Part shown: positions 14,401 through 30,496 of the stretch, piece after piece
Position numbering within the stretch: the stretch's first letter is position 1
How the letters are laid out: each line of letters starts with the position of its first letter
NCBI GenBank assembly: GCA_900088475.1
Contig: FLMG01004102.1
Location: forward strand, 1 to 64,000
Direction: 5' to 3'
DNA length: 64,000 bases
DNA from: Hyphochytrium catenoides
Taxonomy: Eukaryota > Protista > Hyphochytriomycota
Program-made: the position numbers and the translations under genes
Notes under the pieces: model-generated
The model's input: only the letters and a program-made list of their open reading frames with translations
Database searches by the model: none
Told to the model about the DNA's origin: nothing

Positions 14401-17400
14401 CGGCTTCGATTTACTCAGATACTGGATGCAAACTTGAATCTTGAGCCACCTATCTGCGTGACTTAACCCGGGCTGCAGTCTATCTCTGGCAGAACCCGTG
14501 ACTCCAGAAGTGGAACGTCGTGAGCTTTGGAGACTGACAAATGAGCTTATAGAACTGGAGCTCCGGAGGCTTGAGAATGCAGTGCAGCTAGGTCAGCAGT
14601 AGATTAATCATCTTTCCTGACCGCCAGCCAGCCCCATTTTCTTTTGACCCTCTCCTTTGTCCTTGCAGGCACGACGATGCGCCAAAGAGGGCTGCAGGAT
14701 GTTTCTGCTCATCATCAGAAGGTTGGGTACCTTAGGGAGAAGCTGCAGGTTCTGGTACGTATGAAGTCACTGGAAGAGGGCTTCTCTCTCGCTCCGTGTC
14801 TTCGGGCCTTGGTAGACTTGACTTGACTACCTACATCTGCTGTGAATAACAGATTGATAGACAAGAAGACGAGTTCTGTAGCTTTTATGACGCTTGCCAA
14901 CGACGCTCCGCGGGTGATGGCGAAGTTCTAGGAAGCCAAAGTAATAGGATACGAGATACTGCTAGGCGTACTGCGGCAGCTCAAGATGGGAAGCTGGGAG
15001 AAGAAGACCTTCCAGCTATGATGGAGCTGGAAAAGTATTTCCAGCAGTTGAAGCGAAGGTATCGAATGGTGAAGAGGAACCCTGTCGCGTTCCGGCTGCA
15101 GGTAAGTCTCCATAGCTGTATACAGGAGAAGTGCCCTTGGTCTGAAGAGATTCTGTCTGTGAATATACGTCGTCAAAAGGAGAGCAGAGGAGATGACATG
15201 GCAAGGCATATAGAGCAGATGACTCACCTCAGGCTGAATACTCTCATATATGAGCTAAAGCGCCAGGCAGTTCTTCATGCGGTACTATAGTTCGCCACTC
15301 GTCTGCCTTCTCATGCTGTCCTTCAACTACTTATAGATGGGCTGTTGCGACCGAAAGTTCTTCCAAATGCTATGTGTTCAGCCCTTAGCTTGCAGCTTTA
15401 TCTCCGGGGACTAACGTCTCTATTCACTATGCCGGCAGCAAGAACTGGACCAGGCATCCTTTAGTTCCCGACGGCGGCTACTCTCAATACTATATCAGAA
15501 AATTGACGCTCTACATGCGGCTAAAGATGTTTCGGCATCTGTTTCAGGGGTATGGGTCTTGACGTCACTTTACTCTTGACCACGGCTGATATGTCCGTTG
15601 GCTCTTCAAACGGGATGGCGTTTGACCTAGATGCAATCAAAGTCTTCTCAGAAGAACCAACATCTTACCTGGCGTGGCTTGTGGGGTCATCTTCAGCGGT
15701 TTCTAGAAGAGGAGATGCCTAGCTTCAGTGCCAAGGATCTAGCGACAGAGCTGATTAGACACTGGGTGCAACAGCTCTCAGCCACAACACAAAGGCAAGA
15801 AGAACTGGGAAACAAGGAAGCCATTCCTAGCAAAGATGATCCAACACGAATCGTCAATCGCCCATCGATTGCCTTGGAGGAATACTATTACATGGCAAAG
15901 GAGAGGAAGCTCCGCATCAACCAGGTAGGCGCTGTAACCTACGTCAACGACCAACCCGCAAGGCACAGTGTTGCCAGCGTAGACATCTCTAATCTCACAT
16001 TCTCTCCCTAAACTCGCCTCTCCAACTTGCATGTCGGCCTCCAAGCCTCTAATGACGTGCTTCTTTCCTGTCCTTTTCGAAACGTAGCTCCTAAGAGCTC
16101 GAGGTCTAAGAATCTCGGATTATGAGAATGCTGCTCCCTACCTGCTCTACGTGACTCAAGGTTCGATAGACCTGCAAATCGCACTCGACAAGCTAATAAC
16201 AGGTAAGGCCGGGCAGGCTGAGATTTCGGTGCTCAAGGACCCAACCCATCAAGATTACGTTGGTACCACCATCCCGCGGTGTATGAAAGACTCTCAGATA
16301 CGTGGAGACATTGAGGCAGGTCAAATGGTAGCACGACTTAGCCAGCTAATGAAGGAGTTTGAAGGGGAATCACAACAGCCTCTTGACTGGGCACAATTGA
16401 GGGAAAGCGTTCTGCAAGGTCATCGGTCAGTAGCTGGCGAGGGCACTGAGAAGCAGGGAAAAGTAGCGATGGTGTCCGGGGCACCGTTGTCGTCACTGGA
16501 TGTCTCTATCTTTAGCTCCTCCTCCCTGTGGGACACGACAGCGGCAGAAGATCTAGTTGCAGTTGATGGAGACCTGTGTAAGGTAGGACCGAGAAGGCCA
16601 TGATGGATGAGTGCAACGTTGGGACTGCATTTCCAGTTATTTACCGCAACAAAACGTAGAGACTCAACGTTCTCCATACTCCACAATCCATTGCAGGATA
16701 CAAGGACAGGGAAGGAGACCAGCCCAGATCATGAAAGAGGCAGAGGTAGATCCTCAACTTGTTTTCTCAGACCGTGGCCTTTGAGCTTAAGCCTCTCTTC
16801 CAGGTCTTGTTTTCTCGCTGTGTCAGCGCTTCATACGGTACGTACGTTATCTTCTCTTGGCGTTCCTTTGCTTAGGAGACCGTACCATGGTCCAGGTTCT
16901 TCTGCGAGTTCTTGACCCCCTCAGTGATAGACTGAGGTGTGCTATACTTTGCGACATAAACTCTTTCCCGCTATCCTTTGCTGATTCTTGGCCTACATGC
17001 GTAGGCTTGTCTTTGTTTTTTAGTCTTTCACTTCTCATCTTCTTGCTAGCTTCGGCGCCGAAGCAACAGTGACTGTAGGAACCTTACGACGCGCCATAAT
17101 CACCCGACAGAAGAGGGAAGCCAGAAAGAAAGCTCTAGATAGTCTAATATTTGCAGCGGCGGATGAGGTCGCACTCGGAGAAGTATCCGGCATGACCGAT
17201 AAAGGGGAGCAATCTGATCAATCTCAAGCTGGGTTGAGTGCCAATTTGTGCAAAGCTCCAACTGAGTTCATCCCTCGTTGCGCGGATCTTTCCTCGTATC
17301 GGGCCTTTGTTCTGCACGGAGTGTATAAGCCCGCAAGTAGCGAAGGCGGCTCGAAGGAAAGACGGAGACCTCATGCTCGCACAAGCGAGAAAAAAAAGGC

Positions 17401-19603
17401 AGGAAGCAGCCAATCAACCTCTGAGGATCAAGTGGGAAGTCTGACTATTGAAGATTCCGAGCTTCCAAAGAATGGGAAGAAAACTAACGAAGAACAGGGC
17501 CCGGAGGACCACTTTATGACTGAGGCCTTGCAGGACTTGGTTACCAGCAGCATCCTAAGACTCATACCTCATTTGGAGAAAAACGAAAAGGCGGGCCAGA
17601 CTACAGATCCAGCCCAGAACGCTCTCAAAGTAAAACGTCGCCCTTGTGCAAGTAGAAGTCTACCAGGGTTACCTTCTGAGCTACAGGAGCTGTTCTCCCG
17701 AGCGTCGAGTTCCTCAACCCTTACTAGAGAGGCAGAAGACGAGATCAAGAGTCTATTGCAGCAGAACTTAGCCTTAATAAACGCACACTATGGCAAGGAA
17801 GGTGGCACGGCTCTTCATTACGCCGTCAAGGTAAGGATATGAACCTGAAGATGGTCGTAGCGCTGGTTGGTTGTTGATCACACCTTCCTTAGGGACTTCC
17901 CGTGATAATTTTTTACCTATTTGCTGATGCAAATCTTCTAGTTGTTTCTGGCTCTGGGCGTTGGCTTGGCGCGGCTCTTTCAATCACTAAAGCTCTACAG
18001 TTTCAATGTACAGAACTTGTGCGCTTGCTTCTGGCTCTAGGAGCTGATCGCTCCGCATTAGACTTTAGACAAAATCCCCCTGGCGCATACACCCAGGACC
18101 CCAAGATGCTTTGTTTGCTCGCCGGTAAGCCAAGTGATGGGTCTTTAGATGCGAACAGCAGGTAGAGATTTGGAACCCATAGTACCGTAGGTTGCCCAGA
18201 TCCGAAAACTTATTGAGGGCGATGAGCAAGAGGCTGCTAACCGATACGAACCTAGAGTGAGATCACAAGAAGTTTCCTCTGTGGTTGCCTCGGGAAAATG
18301 TGGCTCGATCCATCGATTGACTGCCTTATTATATTTTTCTAAAGGTGCTGGGCATGGGCGGAGGATGCCAAAGCTACGACAAAATGAGCGCAGACTTCAA
18401 TCGGAGGTAGGAATCATTGGTATAATAGATAAGTCGTAGACAACGACCGAGGAGTCGCTGTTGCAAAGCCAGATGATTGTTAAGCCGCTCCTGAACTCCT
18501 TCTGTCGCTATGTGCCGTTTCTCTGCTAGGTCTGCTGGTTGGTCAAACTTCTCATCAATGGCAGCACAACAGCTGCCGCACCCTTATCCATCGCTGGCAC
18601 AGCGCTCCGGTGTGACATACAGAGAAAGGAGCTCCTGGTGCAACTCGAAGGTGATTGGTGCTTCGCCATGCCTTCTGCCCATAACAGAGTCGCTGCCTCT
18701 TATATCATCTTTTCCATTGTTAGCTATGGTTTACTAGTTTAGCCCGCGGTCTCACTGTAATCTTCAGGTGGCACCCAAGATCTCAACGATCCGGATTCAG
18801 GGAGCGACAGGTTAAAAATACGCTGTCGAGGGGAGCGATTACAGCCGGAGGAAGGAGATAGGTTATGCGTCCTTGTGACATCTCTATGTCCGAAAAGGAG
18901 GACGGTATTCACTCTGTCAACTAGCACTGAACGCTTTGCAGGACAAGAGGAATTTGCTTTTGATAAAATTGCTCTCTGGCTTCCAATCCGGCATTGCAAA
19001 GAGATTGAAAGGCTGGACTCCTGCTCCTTCGGTCTACTACAGCATGTCAGCTGCCTTTTTCAAGGGGAAAAGCAGCAGCACTGCGTCATAGTCAATCCTG
19101 AGCAACATGAGCTCGAGGTAGCAAGGCCAGTTTGCCAGGCGAGCGGCTCGAACCAGCAAGACGATAAAGATGTTGCTTTTACAGCAAACGATGGTGACTG
19201 TTCTGCCCCAAACCCGCAGCTGGTAATCGTCGACGGGGAGAAGATAGTTGAAGAAGACAGGGGCAACATGAGGGCCTCACCTCAACCACCGCTTCGGATA
19301 ATTTTGGGCCTTCAAACGTCTCTAGAACCACCGTTGGTATTGAGGGTGGCACAACATGGAGCAGGGGAGGATTGCAATACCTTGCAAAGAAAAGGATCGC
19401 CAACTGCAGAAGAAACCGATATTGAAAGGCTCATCCTACACCTTGTCAACAATCTTAGTGACCCAATAGAGCGCAGCAAGGCATGGTCTTTTTCTTCAGC
19501 CGTTAAGGATCTTGATAGTGAAACATGTCTAGACCTTGTCAGAGGACAGCTCTGCCGGTTCCAGTTGACCGAGGATGAGCAAAGAAAAGATGGAGCACAT
19601 TAG
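11418..19603 (+). CDS. Very large multi-exon protein with N-terminal C2-like beta-sandwich domains, a coiled-coil region and ankyrin repeat(s); may be more than one gene
   Basis: C2-like GRLNIDLLSVEEL...INQQVSLPF...VARAIFRIDEL...AGTLLFAI, GRVRIHIVQ and LWIAIKRGVGL...ALWNH. Ankyrin GGTALHYAVK/FQCTELVRLLLALGADRSALD at ~17800-18070. Consistent plus-strand splice sites. Confidence 0.6.
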
Positions 19604-19775
19604 GGACAAGTGTACATTTTTACAATGGCTGCTTGCTCCAGGCTCTCCTACACGTTATGTGTAAGTACCAGCTGGTGGAACCGGACAACTCTATCTCAGC
19701 TGCGTCATGCACCTAGAGCTTGGTTAACTGATAAATTATGACAAACCTCAATAACACACTTTTCCACTATTGCGC

Positions 19776-20869
19776 TTACTCCTCTTTCAAGGGCACATGC
19801 GACAAAGTAGTTCGGAGTTCATCGTAAGCTGTTCGCTGCGTCACTTGGGTACTCTTAAGCCTCTCAATCAACCGAGCTTCCTCGGCCTCAAGCTCTGCTA
19901 TTTTTCTCTCTACTAAGGCCTTCCGCTCCTGTTCTTCTTGAACCCTCTTGGCGTGCTGAGCCCTCAATTGCTCCTGGTGAGCTTTCTAATAAGCGAACGA
20001 GAGAGGTGAGCCGGAAGTTATCGTCATGGTGTTGCAGGTGCTGACCTTCTGCGCCTCTCTACGCGCTTTCTTCAACTCTTCTTCTCTTCTGATCTTCTCC
20101 GTCTTCTCCCTTTTCAGGTCTTCTTCTTTCTTCTTTTCGCGCAGCAGTACTTGACGTTGCATCTAAACACCAGGAAGTAGAAATGGCTTAGGGAGGCAGA
20201 GCTGGGGGATGTACCGCATTCCCTACCCCTTGTTTCTCCTTGGCCTGCTTTGCTTGATGCTTCTTCTGATCAGCGAGCCATTGCTTTCGATCCTATAGTT
20301 TAGAGTGTAAGCCAATCAAAAAGGTTATCTGGGGATAGAAGGGAGATCATTTACCAGCACTTTCTTCTCCAGACTCTGTTTAAACTCGAGATTCTGTGCT
20401 ACTTCCGCCTTGATCTGCATAGTTTTTGCCTGAGAAAGCTGCTCTCTAGCTTGGTGATGATCAACGTTGCGCTTTTTTGCAGTCTCAATCTCTTTCACTC
20501 GCTTTTTCGTCTCTTCAACCTTCTTCAACGCTTTACTCTCCTCTTTCTGCAATGAACAGCGTCAGTCAAAAGTGAGCAAGGTCCAGCGCCAAATCTCCGA
20601 CGTACTTTCAAGTGCTTCAGTCTATTCATTAAAAGCAAGACGTCTTGCTCCATTTTCTTTCTTTCATTTTTGGCCTCAAGAAGCTCAGGGCTTCTAGCTG
20701 AAGAGCCTCCGCTGCGCGACCGTGCTCGGGCACTTCCCAAACTGCCGGATAGGCGAGGCTTTGGAGCCTCATCTTTACTTCCCGCCGACCGATCAGGAGT
20801 ATTCGTCTCCAGCTGCGGCTCTTCATTCTTCGTGGTGGAGACAGTAAGAGTTGGGTTATCTGCCTCCAT
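19776..20869 (-). CDS. Charged coiled-coil protein of unknown function
   Basis: Spliced exons DVLLLMNRLKHLK/KEESKALKKVEETKKR ... ERKIAELEAEEARLIERLKSTQVTQRTAYDEL; highly E/K/R/Q-rich. Confidence 0.75.
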
Positions 20870-21400
20870 CTGCTCGGTAGGAGTCCCTCCTCTACCCTAA
20901 TCACATCCAGATAAGTCCTCCACCAGTTCTCTAGCCTAGTATGACCGTCTCTGATCGCCTTCTTTGAAGCAAAAGGAGCTTCATGAGCTCATCGCGCGGG
21001 TGGCGTGACAGCATGTACCGATGGCATCAGTCGGATGGCTCTGTTACGTTCACCAAGAGAAGGATCAACCGCGATGCGGCGTGAGGATTAGTCTGTTTAC
21101 CCTCATCAAGTGACAACCTACGCTTCTCCTTGTCTAGTCAGCGAGTAACGGACGTCTAGGGAGGATTCTGATCATTGAAAGCTTCCACCTTACTTTTCCT
21201 TAATTCTCAATTACTGTCAGTCATTTAGAATACACGTGACCAATGACTCTAGTATGAGAGATATGTACAACAAACCACTCTGCATTCTCAACCTCCGGAA
21301 GAAATAATTCGTAACAAAAGAAACAAAACCTCGAGACTCAATCACTGAAGAACGAGATGTTGGTCCTTGACACCAATCCTAGTCTATGTGCCGCGAAGCC

Positions 21401-24278
<2,878 letters not shown>

Positions 24279-24717
24279 GTGTCTCCAGCGCAACTTATCA
24301 GCCTCTCCCTGTTAGCTATCAGAGCAGCTGTCCTGATAAAGGCCAAACCTATGGGGAGGCGACGGCCTTGCAAGCGGCAGAGTTAGCTGCTGCTTGAGAT
24401 CCAAGAAGACGTTATCCCAGCAGCCTTCATTGATCCTGATGATTCTGATGGACGGAAAACTCGGAGGGGAACTCTGAGGAAACTAGTACTGTAACTATTG
24501 TAGCCAGTTGTATCACATCAGAACATCAGAACAGCATCTGTAGGTGGATTGACAGTAGGAACTATGAGTATCTGTTTATAATCCTTCTTCATCAGCACCT
24601 CGAGAGGCACGCTACCCCTCTAAATAACTGTATAGACGACAGTACATGGACTATGGTTGAGATCCATCTTCTGTCAGCTCGACAACGGACTTTAGACAGA
24701 TGTGAAAGATGTAGCTC

Positions 24718-27700
24718 TCACAGCGAAAGTCGTTGCTTAGCTGCCGCGATGGCCCCTAAAATAGATCTTCTCTGCAACAACACATCATCTTTAGGAGGAG
24801 TCGCGTTCCTGCTCGCATCAGGTGCATCAGCGATATCCTCATTTCCGAACCCGAGGTTAGCTGTCGCTTTGGTCCCTGGAACTTGGGTGACAAGCTGCAG
24901 TTGACTCTCCAGCATTCGCAAGCGATCGCTGTATAAGCGAAAGAAGAAGGCCAGGAAAGACTCAAAGGTCACGACCTCTCTAGGGCAAATCTTACGAGCG
25001 ACCTTTCGCCTATACTCACGAGAGACAGGCTATAAGAGACCAGCAGCCAGAGACTGATTATGGGAATATACATAACGTACATTATTCTTGGAGGGATTCC
25101 AAAGCTTAGCTTCTCAAGAGACTCTTCGACGGCTTTCAACGTAAGTTCTTCAGCCTTATCGTGGACATCTCGAAATGCATCAAAAAGTTGATCGATAGAG
25201 AGGCCGCTGGAGTCTACAATGTCACAAAGACGCATTAATCCGAATCTGAGTGCCTTTGCTTCACTAGCCAGCTCCCGGGCTGACCCTAGTGCTTTGTCAG
25301 CATCCAACTGGTCGATCTGGGAGGTCAATCTTATCGTATTGGATATCCGGATCCGTGCTACAAGCCTCTGTTGGCGTATCTTCTTTCTTAGGGCCACAGG
25401 TAGAGCCTTCACTTTGGAGCGGTACATGGTCCTGAGTATTTCCGAGCTGTCGATGCTTAGCTCAAAGGGCATGACTGTTTGAAAAAATAGTTTTTAGAGA
25501 ACATGACATCATAACACTATGAATAAATTCATGATACCCTACCTCCTAGTGGCAGAGGCTGGTTCTCAGCTTCTAGGTCAGCACTTTGGTCCATGGCCCT
25601 CACCAAAGTCAAGATCTTTTGACGGTGCAATCTGGACATCACGCGCAGTTCGTCTCTCAGCTTGCGATCCGTGAACTCAAGTAACTTCGATCCTGTAATG
25701 TTGAGCTCTTTGACCCTCCGACCTACTTCTGGCATGCCCATTCGTATATGGAACCAGGCCGAAACATCCTCTGCCGTGCAGTTTACAATGTCTGCTCTTT
25801 TCATGCCCATGAGATCTGGTGCTTTTCCAACCTGAGGAGCCTTAAATGCATAAGAGGAATAAAGGAGAGTGTAAATGGCGAAGTGGTCTGTAGCAAAAGC
25901 GCAGAACAAAACAGAGTGATGAATAGCTGAAGCAGTTAGAGAACGGGCGGAGAATTCTGGCCTAGCAAAGATGCTCAAAGGATGTACCTTTCAAAAGAAG
26001 CGGATGACCTCTTACCTCTTTCATTTGACTTGATCTTCCTAGAGCTTCAAGAGCGCTAAAGAAAAATGCTCGGTTTTCAGAAGATTTGAATAAAAGTGGG
26101 TAGTTTGGAGCCAAAGCTAGACCCAGAGGTCCTTTCAGTTCCTCCGCGGTAATGGCCCACAATTGACCTCCTGATACACGGCAGTTGATGGCTTTGTCAG
26201 GAGCCAAGGAGAACAAGGAAGTGATCCACCTCCCAACCTCCGTAGTTGTCCACTCTCTAAGAAGATGCTCCTGTTTGGCGGGAGAGGAATCACTCTTCAG
26301 TAATGCTGCCACCATTTGAACATTTGTCGCCACGCCCATATCAACAGAGTCTGAATCATTCCGCCTGAGAGAGTTACCCTCTGGTCTCAACACTTGAAGA
26401 GATTGTACTGGATTGACTAACTCCCCGCCATCAGGGGGATTATGGGATGAAAGCTCCTTCGAGCTGAGCTGAAACTGCTTCCAAGCAAAGAAGATGAGCC
26501 GAGCCAGCTTTTGCCTTGATCTTTGTGGGTTGTGGAAGGCAAAAGGCTGACGTAAGAAAGACCGTGGACTGTAAAAAAGGCGGGAATAGACTTACCTGTT
26601 TTGAATTGCTGTCACACGCTTTCTTACTACCGTTTCCTCCCGCCAGCGCCTGAAGGAATAGGCGAGGCTTTCCCCTCGTTGTGCCTGAACATCTGCCTTC
26701 CAGCGGGTCACGTAGCTTCTTGTCACATATGTTGCAACTCGGATGCCAACTCTTAGGAGCAAATCTCTGCAAGATTTTCTAGCTAAAGCATTCCCACGAA
26801 GCCGTCTCAAGATCATCCTCTTAACGTTACTATTTGCCTTCTCATGTTTGGCTTTCTTCTTTTTGCTCCATTCCGCGTGGTCCTTAACCCTCTGGAAGAG
26901 CTGCCGTCTGTAGGATGTCAGCGCCCTGAGAGACATCTTTCGAACCTTTTGCTGCAACTGGAAGTAATTGGTCCACCTATTAAAGCAGCTTTTCTGGTGC
27001 TTTCCAACTGCTGTAACGTACATCTGTTTGGCCCTCTTCATCCTTGTGACATACCTTAGCCAATTCTGGAAATATCTGAAGAGCAAAATTAGACGTAGTG
27101 ACATGGCCAAACTTGAATGGCTTCCCTACCTGACAATCCGCCTATCGTATGCTCTTCTGCTCTGCTTTCTCACCCTTACCGTCAACAGGACTTTGCGCTT
27201 CCAAGTCTCAAAGGTTTTAACCATCAGCCGCATGCGTTCCTGGGTTTTCTCTAGTTCTATTTCAGCGAATACGTCTTCAAACTTGTCGCAGAGAGCATTG
27301 CTTCTCTTGGCGTGTTCATTTAGGAATGCCATGGCCTCATCGCAGAGATTCATCACCCTGACAACATCAGCTGGTCCCTCTGTGACAGTCTTGGGTATGT
27401 TGGTTGGCACAAGATCTATTCCTGGAGCACAGGGAGACGTAAGACACTATAATCCTCAACAGTTGGAGTCTCTAAACTTGCCATGGTGCCTCTGGCCAAT
27501 ACCCTGGCTGGCAGCAGTTCCCAATTCTCTCGTGGTGCTCTGTTTCAGAGGCAAGTTAGTCTGAGGGAAAATAATGCGAAGGACTGCATCAAAGTGTCTT
27601 ACTTGCTCCCTGGCATTTTCAGTTTCACCTGAAGATCCGTCAATGGCTTGGACGAGAGGTTCTTGATTTATCTCAGCACCGCTGCCAGGCGTTGAGATCC

Positions 27701-27803
27701 CAGTGTCCAAGTGCACTGCCGTGACTAACGGTGAGGTTGAAGGTGGTTCTGACGTAGAAACTTTCGCTGCATTTGACACTGAAGTTAAGTCTCTCACAGC
27801 CAT
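24718..27803 (-). CDS. Protein with Sfi1-like FxxW repeats, two SAM domains and a C-terminal EF-hand-like segment
   Basis: FETW/FQNW/FNRW/FRRW/FFAW motifs in a basic helical region. SAM-like REWTTTEVGRWI...VSGGQLWAIT and CTAEDVSAWF...NITGSKLLEFTDRKLRDELRVMSRLHRQKIL. Confidence 0.7.
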
Positions 27804-27929
27804 ATTAGATGTCTTTTGTATGCGAGACCAACCAACCTCGGTCCTGGGCCTGCTCAGAGTTCCGAGTTTCCATTTTGTTGAGACTATTGGAGGATACTGC
27901 AGTTGGGCCCGTTAATTCTGGGGCACGAA

Positions 27930-28580
27930 CAGAAGCACTATCCGTATTGCGGCTCATTGCTGAGTTTAAGGGTGGTCCTGACTATTCTGTCCTTCTGTCA
28001 TTGTGCCGTGGGCAGGATATCTTGAAGGACTTTCTACCGCAATGATCCAGGGTTCCGTATTCGCGTTTATTGCACAACTCGTGGTCGATCCTTACCCATC
28101 TCGTCCGGTCTGCTATAGCGCACAACCCCCTCCTAACCTCTTTATTACTCGCCAGCACCGCGTTGTAGAGCACTGCTCAACGGACAAAGACTTTGAGACA
28201 AGCAGGATGTTTGACTTCCCTCGAACGACGTTGACTTAAGAGTCCATGGCCGAGTTAGCATCAATCATTGATTAAGACAAACGTCAAGCTCATGGTCCCA
28301 GTGGTCCTTTTGGTTCAGTAGCTACCTACATCCACTGCATGCCCTACGGCATGCTACAAAGACATCTGTGGATGAGCAGTATAAGGACTATGGGTGGAGG
28401 TGTAAGAGGGAGCACTTGGATGACGATGATGGGCAATCGCAAGGTGCGAACTCACTCAGGACCCAGTTCGCACCAATCCATAACGGACTTGAAACACTTC
28501 AACACTTCAACTGCACTATCAAAGATAGAAATGCTGTATATCCTCAATATATCTTTCGTGGTCAGCTCCAGGGGGAGGCG
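27930..28580 (+). pseudogene. Possible decayed PARP/ADP-ribosyltransferase-like sequence
   Basis: Motif-like order FPRT (~FHGT), SIID*, GPFGSVATY, then in another frame IKDRNAVYPQYIF. Contains two in-frame stops and a frameshift. Resemblance judged by eye only. Confidence 0.25.
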
Positions 28581-28623
28581 TGTCTACTTGCCCCACCCTT
28601 TCTCTCACTTTGCCCACCCACGT

Positions 28624-28723
28624 NNNNNNNNNNNNNNNNNNNNNNNNNNNNNNNNNNNNNNNNNNNNNNNNNNNNNNNNNNNNNNNNNNNNNNNNNNNNN
28701 NNNNNNNNNNNNNNNNNNNNNNN
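28624..28723. other. Assembly gap (N run)
   Basis: N run; cttgccccac occurs on both flanks, suggesting a collapsed repeat. Confidence 0.99.
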
Positions 28724-28976
28724 CTCTCTTGCCCCACTTCAAACATAGACTGATACTCGGAGACCAAGGTAAGAAGCTTCTTTAGGGGTGGAGAAGCTAT
28801 GATCTAAAACCGGACTAAGAGCTGCTGCTGTAATACGTCAAGTTCTGTTTGAGGAGGGCCTTAACTTCCAGTGTCGTTAACTTACACCAATAGCATTCTC
28901 GGCTTTCATTTGCGTTGGACCTGATCACTTTGTCTTGGACCTTGGTAGGCCCAGCTCGGTCCAAGAACATACAAAC

Positions 28977-29174
28977 ATGGAGCAGCCCTTCAAGCTTGCA
29001 AGAGTCACCAAGGTTTTGGGACGTACCGGCAACACCGGTAACGTGACCCAGGTCAGAGTGGAGTTCATCCAGGAGCAGAACCGTTCTATCATCCGGAACG
29101 TCAAGGGCCCAGTTCGTGAAGGGGATATCCTCTGCCTTCTGGAGTGGGAACGCGAGGCTCGCCGCCTGCGGTAA
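28977..29174 (+). CDS. RPS28: 40S ribosomal protein S28 (eS28)
   Basis: [13 protein letters not shown]...VTQVRVEF...[30 protein letters not shown]; intronless CDS from ATG 28977. Confidence 0.98.
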   Translation: MEQPFKLARVTKVLGRTGNTGNVTQVRVEFIQEQNRSIIRNVKGPVREGDILCLLEWEREARRLR

Positions 29175-30006
29175 ATATCCCGCTGCTATGGATGGACAAG
29201 TTTGTTGCAGAGCATGACTGCAGAATGGAGTGGAGTGTAGGGAGGGTTAACACTCAAACATGCCCGAGTCTCAGTCTTTAGGTGACTACGAAGGTTCTTC
29301 TTATGCAATAAATAGCTGTGAGATGGACCTTGTACAGCTTGAAAAGAAAGGTGAAGGCCAGCTGCACCAATCAGGTCCACACTGTACCACTCAAGTCCTT
29401 ATATTGCTACTCATTGCCAACGAAAGAAGTAACCTCCGCTTGCCGGAAAGTGGGAGAACTGAGAGTTAAAGACGTCAGAACTAATGACTATCATCACCCT
29501 CGATTGCGGTGGAAGTGAGTGAGAGGCATGAGAATGAGAGTCACCCGGGTCCAGGATTGCTTCTTAAGGAGACGACCCCCTATCAGCTCCATGCCCCTTG
29601 ACCGAAGAGTGTGAGAAGCTGTAACGTCTCTTGACGGAAGAGAGTGAGAAGAACTTATTATGCGGTCAAAAGTCATTGGTTGACGAGCGGCTCATGCGTA
29701 TGCAGGTAGCAGGGGTACAATAACAATATCTCTGTCCACTGTCAACCAGATCTGGCGCGTCTCTCTTCGTCGGCCAGGTGGGGTACAAAGAGGCTTAACT
29801 TTGTCAAAGCAAGATTTTGAGGAAGACTACGCTGATGTTAACGAAATTGACACAAAATTCTTTTCTTGCACACGACGATCTGGTCAGCGCATCGTGTAAT
29901 GAAGGAAAAGCAGTATGATGTTGGGGAATGAGCAACCATGGGAGCACTCGGTTATGGATATGTTCTTCCTAGAATACAGAAGCAGGTATAATGGAGCCAC
30001 TCCTAC

Positions 30007-30496
30007 TTATTGGCCGAAAGTGCTGGTTTTCTCTTTGCCCTCACCCTTTACGGACTGCAAAACAGCATTAGCAAAGTCGAAGGGGCTTTTATGGCAATTT
30101 TGGCAGTCGCTTACCTCTCGATATTTCTGCAGATAGATCTTCAAAGGGTCGACATACTTGTCAAAGCCTAGTGTGCTCATAGCCCATAGTATGTCATCCC
30201 CATTGATAGTTTTTCGCTTTTCTTGCTGGCACTTGTCACTTGCCTCACTAGAGTACTGAAGTGAGTCCAGACAATCCAATAGGTAGGTGCTGGGAGTGTA
30301 GGCATTACCTTGTGATAAATGATATGAACTCCGACACGCATTCTTGCATAGTATCCTTGGCGTCTTTCGCAATCTTCGCATTTTCTGGAAGGGACTTCTT
30401 CATGATTCGGGAGATGTTCGCCGTCGGTAAATACCTATCCTGCTCCCTTATCTCATCATCATCCTCACCCCCTCCTGGCCTCCGCTCATCAGACAT
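30007..30496 (-). CDS. NFYB: Nuclear transcription factor Y subunit B (HAP3/NF-YB)
   Basis: [31 protein letters not shown]...[36 protein letters not shown]; two GT-AG introns. Confidence 0.97.

Noticed and set aside
26968-27564. 198-aa plus-strand hydrophobic ORF and similar antisense ORFs elsewhere
   Set aside because: These are shadows of K/R/E-rich coding sequence on the opposite strand.
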